DNA from: Macrostomum lignano
Lineage: Eukaryota
Reading direction: 5' to 3'
Length of the DNA stretch: 30,299 bases
Assembly (NCBI GenBank): GCA_002269645.1
Contig: NIVC01002648.1
Coordinates: 122,837-153,135 of the forward strand
Made by a program: the position numbers and the translations under genes. The number at the start of each line of letters is the position of its first letter. The first letter of the stretch is position 1. Under the pieces are notes generated by a model. It was not told where the DNA came from. It saw nothing but the letters and a program-made list of their open reading frames with translations, and did not search any database. Positions 25,005-30,299 of the stretch are shown in pieces.

Positions 25005-25504
25005 CTAAACTTAAAATGAAATGTACTGAGATTCTCAGTTTTATAACTCGTGACGTACGAAAACATTTAAAATGCTGCTTTTTGTGACTAATAGTAAAAC
25101 ACTTCAAAAAAGCAAAAAACTCTATTACTTTTTTATGAGTATCATGACAATAGTTTCAAAGTATATTTTTTTAGTTCTGTATAAAATACTAGAAAATTAG
25201 TTTTCATTACTTGTATGCAATGCTTGACCATGTCTTTTAAATTCAGTTTAAATTCTTTTAAATAATTCATTCAAAGTCAACTACTAGTGTGTTAGTTAAC
25301 ATTCTCGAATTTTTTCATTAGTAACCTAGTTTCTAAAAGGTTGTAATCTGTTTGTTATTAGACACAGGACTCGTGCCATTCCTTTTAAAATTAGATTTAA
25401 AATCTAAAAAAATATAAGAGCTATTCCTGTTACTGTTATTTTTGCTTTTTTTCATTTTTGTGTGGCTTTGGCAGTGACTGTCTTAAGTTTAAAGTTTAAG
25501 CATA

Positions 25505-27723
25505 ATGTATCTTTCTTCCAAAACTGGATTCAAAATTCCTTCTGTTGGTCTTGGTACTTGGCAGGTAAACATAATGTTCCTCTATAACATACACTAGTAT
25601 GACATCTATATTTGTTATCTTACAATATTTTTGATTAAATTCATTTGAATTGAGTGTTAATTTGAAAATTTTAGGATGATTTGTACATTTAGACAATAAC
25701 TTTTACTATGTATAATTTAAATATGTGTACGAAGTTCAAATTGTTTCAAATATGTATGAGCGTAAGATGTATAAGTTGCTAAAATCAACATATTTATCTA
25801 ATCACTTTTTAGGCTCCTAAAGGTGAAGTCTGTTCTGCTGTAAAAGCAGCAATTGATGTAGGCTATAGGCACATTGACTGCGCTGCTGCATATGGCAATG
25901 AGGATGAGGTCGGTGATGCCATTGCAGCCAAGCTAAGCGAGGGAGCAGTCTGCAGAGAGGACTTGTTTGTGACTAGCAAGCTGTGGAACACCTACCACCG
26001 GCCTGACTTGGTCAAAGTAGCCTGCAAAAAGTCGCTGGAGAATCTTAAGCTCTCCTATCTCGATTTGTATTTAATTCATTGGCCTATGGCTTACGTGGTG
26101 AGTTGATTGTAAAACAAAGAGCAGTTTTATTTATATTTTCCTTTCATTTCCTTAATATCTCACTTGATACCTTGCTGTTCATTGCAGGAAGATCGAGAAT
26201 TTTTTCCAAAAGACGAAAATGGAAAGTTTATTTTCTCCGAAGTAGATTATCTCGATACTTGGAAGGTGCGTTTCTTGAGATGACCTTAAACTAGCTTTTT
26301 TAAAGTAGCCATAATCCAACCCTGAGAATCGCCACAATTCAACCCTAAGAATCGCCCCAATCCAACCGTGAGAATCGCCCCAACCCAACCCTGAGAATCG
26401 CCCCAATCCAACCGTGAGAATCGCCCCCAATCCAACCCTGAGAATCGCCCAATCCAACCCTGAGAATCGCCCCCAATCCAACCCTGAGAATCGCCCAATC
26501 CAACCCTGAGAATCGCCCCAATCCAACCCTGAGAATCGCCCCAATCCAACCCTGAGAATCGCCCCAATCCAACCCTGAGAATCGCCCCAATCCAAGCCTG
26601 AGAATCGCCCCAATCCAACCCTGAGAATCGCCCCAATCCAACCATCAATCCGTGCAGGCCATGGAGCAGCTGGTAGACGAAGGCCTTGCTAAGGCAGTCG
26701 GCGTGTCGAACTTCAACTCCGAGCAGCTGGGCCGGATCCTAGCCAACTGCCGAATTCCCCCAGCCTGCCTGCAGATAGAGAGCTCGCCCTATTTCGTGAA
26801 TGGCCGCCTGATTGACTTCGCCCAGCGCGCGGCATAACTGTTGTAGCCTACAGCCCGTTGGGCAGCCCGAAGCGACCCTGGGCAAAGCCGGGCGATCCTC
26901 AGCTACTTGACGAACCGCTATTGAAAGCTATCGGCGCCAAATACGGGAAATCTCCGGCCCAGGTGGTGCTGCGATTCCAGCTAGAACGAAATGTCGGCGT
27001 TGTGCCAAAGTCTGTCAAGCCTGAAAGGATGAAAGAAAATCTTGACGTGAGTGATGTGCTAGCCTTCTAATCCAGGTTTCTCATTCAAGAGCACCCTATT
27101 TCTCATTCAAAAGCTTCATTTATGGGCCGAGAGAGCCTCATGAGAGCCTCATTTATAGTCTGAGAGCCTCATTTCTGGTCCGAGAGCCTCATTTCTGGTC
27201 TGAGAACCTCATTTCTGGTTCGAGAGCCTCATTTCTGGTCTGAGAACCTCATTTCTGGTCCGAGAGCCTCATTTTTAGTCCAAGAAGTCTCATTTCTGGT
27301 CCGAGAGCCTCATTTCTTGTCGAGAGCCCCATTTCTGGTCCGAGAGCCTCACATTTGATTCAATAACCTTTTTTATCTAATCTTGGACCTTATTTCTATT
27401 ATCAAGGCCCTCCATCATTCTTTATTTTCAATATATCACCATTTAATATTATTACGAATTCAAATTAACATTTTTTAACGCTTGCGTTTCAGGTTCTTGA
27501 CTTTTCTCTGACTAAAGAAGAAGTGGAGCAAATCGCCGCTTTTAACAAAGACTACAGAGCCGTTTTGCTTGAATGGTTTGTACTTTTAACTGTACTTTAT
27601 TTTTATATCTTCGTTGATACATTAACTTTTTGTTTCTAGATTAAGTTTATACACTTTTGTTTTCCATCTAAAATTTGCAGGGTTGCGCATCACAAATATT
27701 ATCCATTCAAGGAGCCATTTTAA
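25505..27723 (+). CDS. Aldo-keto reductase family 1 (aldose/aldehyde reductase-like), 6 exons (25505-25564, 25813-26097, 26188-26265, 26658-27046, 27493-27575, 27681-27723), about 312 aa, with an apparent 1-nt deletion at 26826-26830
   Basis: [10 protein letters not shown]; [21 protein letters not shown] and YLIHWP (complete D-Y-K-H tetrad); [17 protein letters not shown], and the C-terminal HKYYPF. All splice sites are GT-AG. Confidence 0.93.
26305..26642. repeat. 23-bp minisatellite (AATCGCCCCAATCCAACCCTGAG)n in AKR intron 3
   Basis: About 14 copies. Confidence 0.94.
27113..27352. repeat. 20-bp minisatellite (GAGAGCCTCATTTCTGGTCC)n in AKR intron 4
   Basis: About 11 copies. Confidence 0.92.
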
Positions 27724-27789
27724 GCAAATTCAAATCGGCGCGCAAGTTCCGGTGTTTATCATCGTTGCGGAGATTTTTTGTTTTAGTCG

Positions 27790-27807
27790 ATTAAAGATCA
27801 AATTAAA
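27790..27807 (+). promoter_or_regulatory. Putative AKR poly(A) signals (two ATTAAA)
   Basis: About 70-80 nt after the stop codon. Confidence 0.35.
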
Positions 27808-28234
27808 CAATGACCAAAAGTTACTTTTTTAATTTTTCATAGCTTAGATATAATTATTTAAATTACTTGAGCGAAATGCAATGTTTTTCCATATTTTGAT
27901 TCTTTCTAGGCTATTTTACCATTTAGGACGATTTATAAATCAGCTTTTAAGCTTGCTAAAAGCCCAGAGTGCAATATATTGTATTTATTACCAGCCTTCT
28001 ATACAAATTTAATTTGATTTCTTACTCGCTATCAATGACAGGAGTGTTTCTATGGTGCTAATCGCGAACAAAAGATTATCTGCTTATTGGTTAATTGATT
28101 TCATGAACTTCTGCTAAATAGACCTTTATTGTCCTTTTTGAACAGTCTTGACTTTATTGTTTTAATAAATTTTATAATGCATAGAATATTTCCGATTTAA
28201 ATTTTCTAGTTCAGATCTATCGATATTTCTAAAA

Positions 28235-28405
28235 GGTCCTTGAATGGGCCGCTATATCCTCTCTTTAGTGGTCCTTGAATGGGCCGCTATATCCTCTCTT
28301 CAGTGGTCCTTGAATGGGCCGCTATATCCTCTCTTCAGTGGTCCTTGAATGGGCCGCTATATCCTCTCTTCAGTGGTCCTTGAATGGGCCGCTATATCCT
28401 CTCTC
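28235..28405. repeat. 35-bp minisatellite (GGTCCTTGAATGGGCCGCTATATCCTCTCTTCAGT), about 5 copies
   Basis: Direct reading. Confidence 0.93.
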
Positions 28406-28975
28406 CCTCTTTAAGGCGTGGTCCCTGAGTAAGCTCCATTTCATTAAGATAGCTCATAGACTACTAAGAGCAACACCCAATAAGAATTAGCATGTTTCTA
28501 TTGGAAAATATTGCTCCTTTCAGTGCCCGCAGTCACCAAATCGTAAATGTTAACCAGCCGGCATGTTTGATAGTTACCATAGCGATGAAGCGCCTAGCGA
28601 TGAGAGGCCGCTAATATCCGATGGTACGTAATAAATGATTGGAAAAGTTCAAGCTTGAAGTTAGCTTAGATAAAAGTATAATACATTTACCGTTAAAGAA
28701 TTTTGCTTGCTTAGCATTGTTAACCTTTCATATTATGCTCGTATTACGTACATGCATATTGCGTTGAATTTGCGTCAGTATGCTAATTGCATACCACATA
28801 TGCTTGTTTATCTATCCGATAAGAATTGGAGCTCGAAAGGCAGAGCTAGAGATTGCAGGTGCGGTTTAGCATATTCAGCAACACTCATAGTTGCTATACA
28901 CGAAGACTTTCAAACATTTCTTGTAGTTTTGCCTATAATGTTCCTCATACTACTAACATGCGTTTCTCTATTTAG

Positions 28976-29053
28976 GTCCAACAGAACATTTCTATGAAGA
29001 ATGGGAAAAGAGTATTTTTAATTTTAGAGATATCAATGAGACTTCCTTTGTTG
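28976..29053 (+). other. Candidate upstream exon of the SV2-like gene
   Basis: Acceptor cgtttctctatttAG and donor GTGAGA. The open frame PTEHFYEEWEKSIFNFRDINETSFV joins in phase to 30124 if the AAG acceptor at 30123 is used. No homology recognised. Confidence 0.35.
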
Positions 29054-29094
29054 GTGAGACACTCGGACTGCCTGCTCTATTTAAAGTCCGAAGT

Positions 29095-29555
29095 TTTAAA
29101 CTTTTAAACTGTTTCTTTGTAGGATTCGGGATTTTTAAACCGTTGCTTTTGTAGGACTTGGGATTTTTAAACCGTTGCTTTTGTAGGATTCGGGATTTTA
29201 AACCGTTGCTTTTGTAGGATTCGGGATTTTTAAACCGTTGCTTTTGTAGGATTTGGGATTTTTAAACCCTTGCTTTGGTAGAATTTGGGATTTTAAACCC
29301 TTGATTTTGTAGTATTTGGGATTTTTAAACCGTTGCTTTTGTAGAATTTGGGATTTTTAAACCGTTGCTTTGTAGGATTCGGGATTTTTAAACCGTTGCT
29401 TTTGTAGAATTTGGGATTTTTAAACCCTTGCTTTGGTAGAATTTGGGATTTTTAAACCCTTGATTTTGTAGTATTTGGGGTTTTTAAACCGTTGCTTTTG
29501 TAGGATTTTGGATATTTAACAGTTTCTTTTCGTAGGATTTAAGATTTTAAACCAT
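29095..29555. repeat. About 32-bp minisatellite (GGGATTTTTAAACCGTTGCTTTTGTAGGATTC)n
   Basis: About 14 diverged copies. Confidence 0.93.
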
Positions 29556-29561
29556 TGCGTG

Positions 29562-30126
29562 GGGGGCCAGCCTCCCAGAGTGTCAGTTACTGGGCCAGCC
29601 TCCCAGAGTGTCAGTTACTGGGCCAGCCTCCCAAGTCCTCAGTTGCTGGGCCAGCCTCCCAGAGTGTCAATTACTGGGCCAGCCTCCCAAATCCTCAGTT
29701 ACTGGGCCAGCCTCCCAGAGTGTCAGTTGCTGGGCCAGCCTCCCAGAGTGTCAGTTACTTGGCCAGCCTCCCAGGTCCTCAGTTGCTGGGCCAGCCTCCC
29801 AGAGTGTCAGTTACTGTGCCAGCCTCCCAAATCCTCAGTTACTGGGCCAGCCTCCCAGAGTGTCAGTTGCTGGGCCAGCCTCCCAGAGTGTCAGTTACTT
29901 GGCCAGCATCCCAGATCCTCAGTTGCTGGGCCAGCCTCCCAGATCCTCAGTTGCTGGGCCAGCATCCCAGATCTCAGTTGCTGGGCCAGCATCCCAGATC
30001 CTCAGTTGCTGGGTCAGTCTCCCAGAGTGTCAGTTGCTGGGCCAGCCTCCCAGAGTGTCAGTTGCTGGCCAGCTCCCAGAGTGTCAGTTGCTGGGCCAGC
30101 CTCCCAGAGTGTCAGTTGCTAAGCCA
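29562..30126. repeat. 28-bp minisatellite (CTGGGCCAGCCTCCCAGA[GTGT/TCCT]CAGTT[A/G])n, about 20 copies
   Basis: Direct reading; reverse complement of 21243-21460. Confidence 0.95.
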
Positions 30127-30299
30127 GCATATCTTCCCCCATCAAACCGGCAGACGCAGCCTCAGCGGTCGCCGGCAAGGACGGAGACGTGGACATCGAG
30201 ACCGCTCTGGACCAAGCTGGCTACGGCCGTCTCCCACCTGCCGTGATGTCCCTGTGCGCCTGGGCCTGCACCTCCGATGCCGTAGAAATCGTTTGCGTC
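30124..30299 (+). CDS. Partial exon of an SV2/SVOP-like major facilitator superfamily transporter (SLC22-related), truncated by the window end
   Basis: The frame from 30129 reads ...DVDIETALDQAGYGRLPPAVMSLCAWACTSDAVEIVCV. This fits the SV2-like pattern of a G(Y/F)GR motif followed by TM1 and D(A/G)xE. Not in the ORF track. Confidence 0.7.

Overview
Eukaryotic (metazoan) genomic DNA with GT-AG introns, GC-rich exons and very many minisatellites. The style is most like the flatworm Macrostomum (inference from composition only). I can build five genes by hand. On the minus strand, head-to-tail, are FAM114A (2 exons), SMG7 (5 coding exons, 790 aa) and TANGO1/MIA3 (3 exons, 1575 aa). On the plus strand are an aldo-keto reductase (AKR1 family, 6 exons) and the start of an SV2/SVOP-like MFS transporter cut by the window end. 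FAM114A and the AKR each carry one apparent 1-nt deletion. About 20 tandem-repeat arrays fill introns and spacers and explain most of the ORF track. A 262-bp MITE (15-bp perfect TIRs, CTA target duplication) lies in the divergent FAM114A/AKR spacer. The most interesting structure is a pair of long, mirror-oriented copies of one 34/35-bp minisatellite that bracket SMG7 exons 1-3; its unit contains AATAAA, in sense orientation within SMG7 intron 3. No rRNA, tRNA or CRISPR array is evident. All models were read by eye, with no database search.
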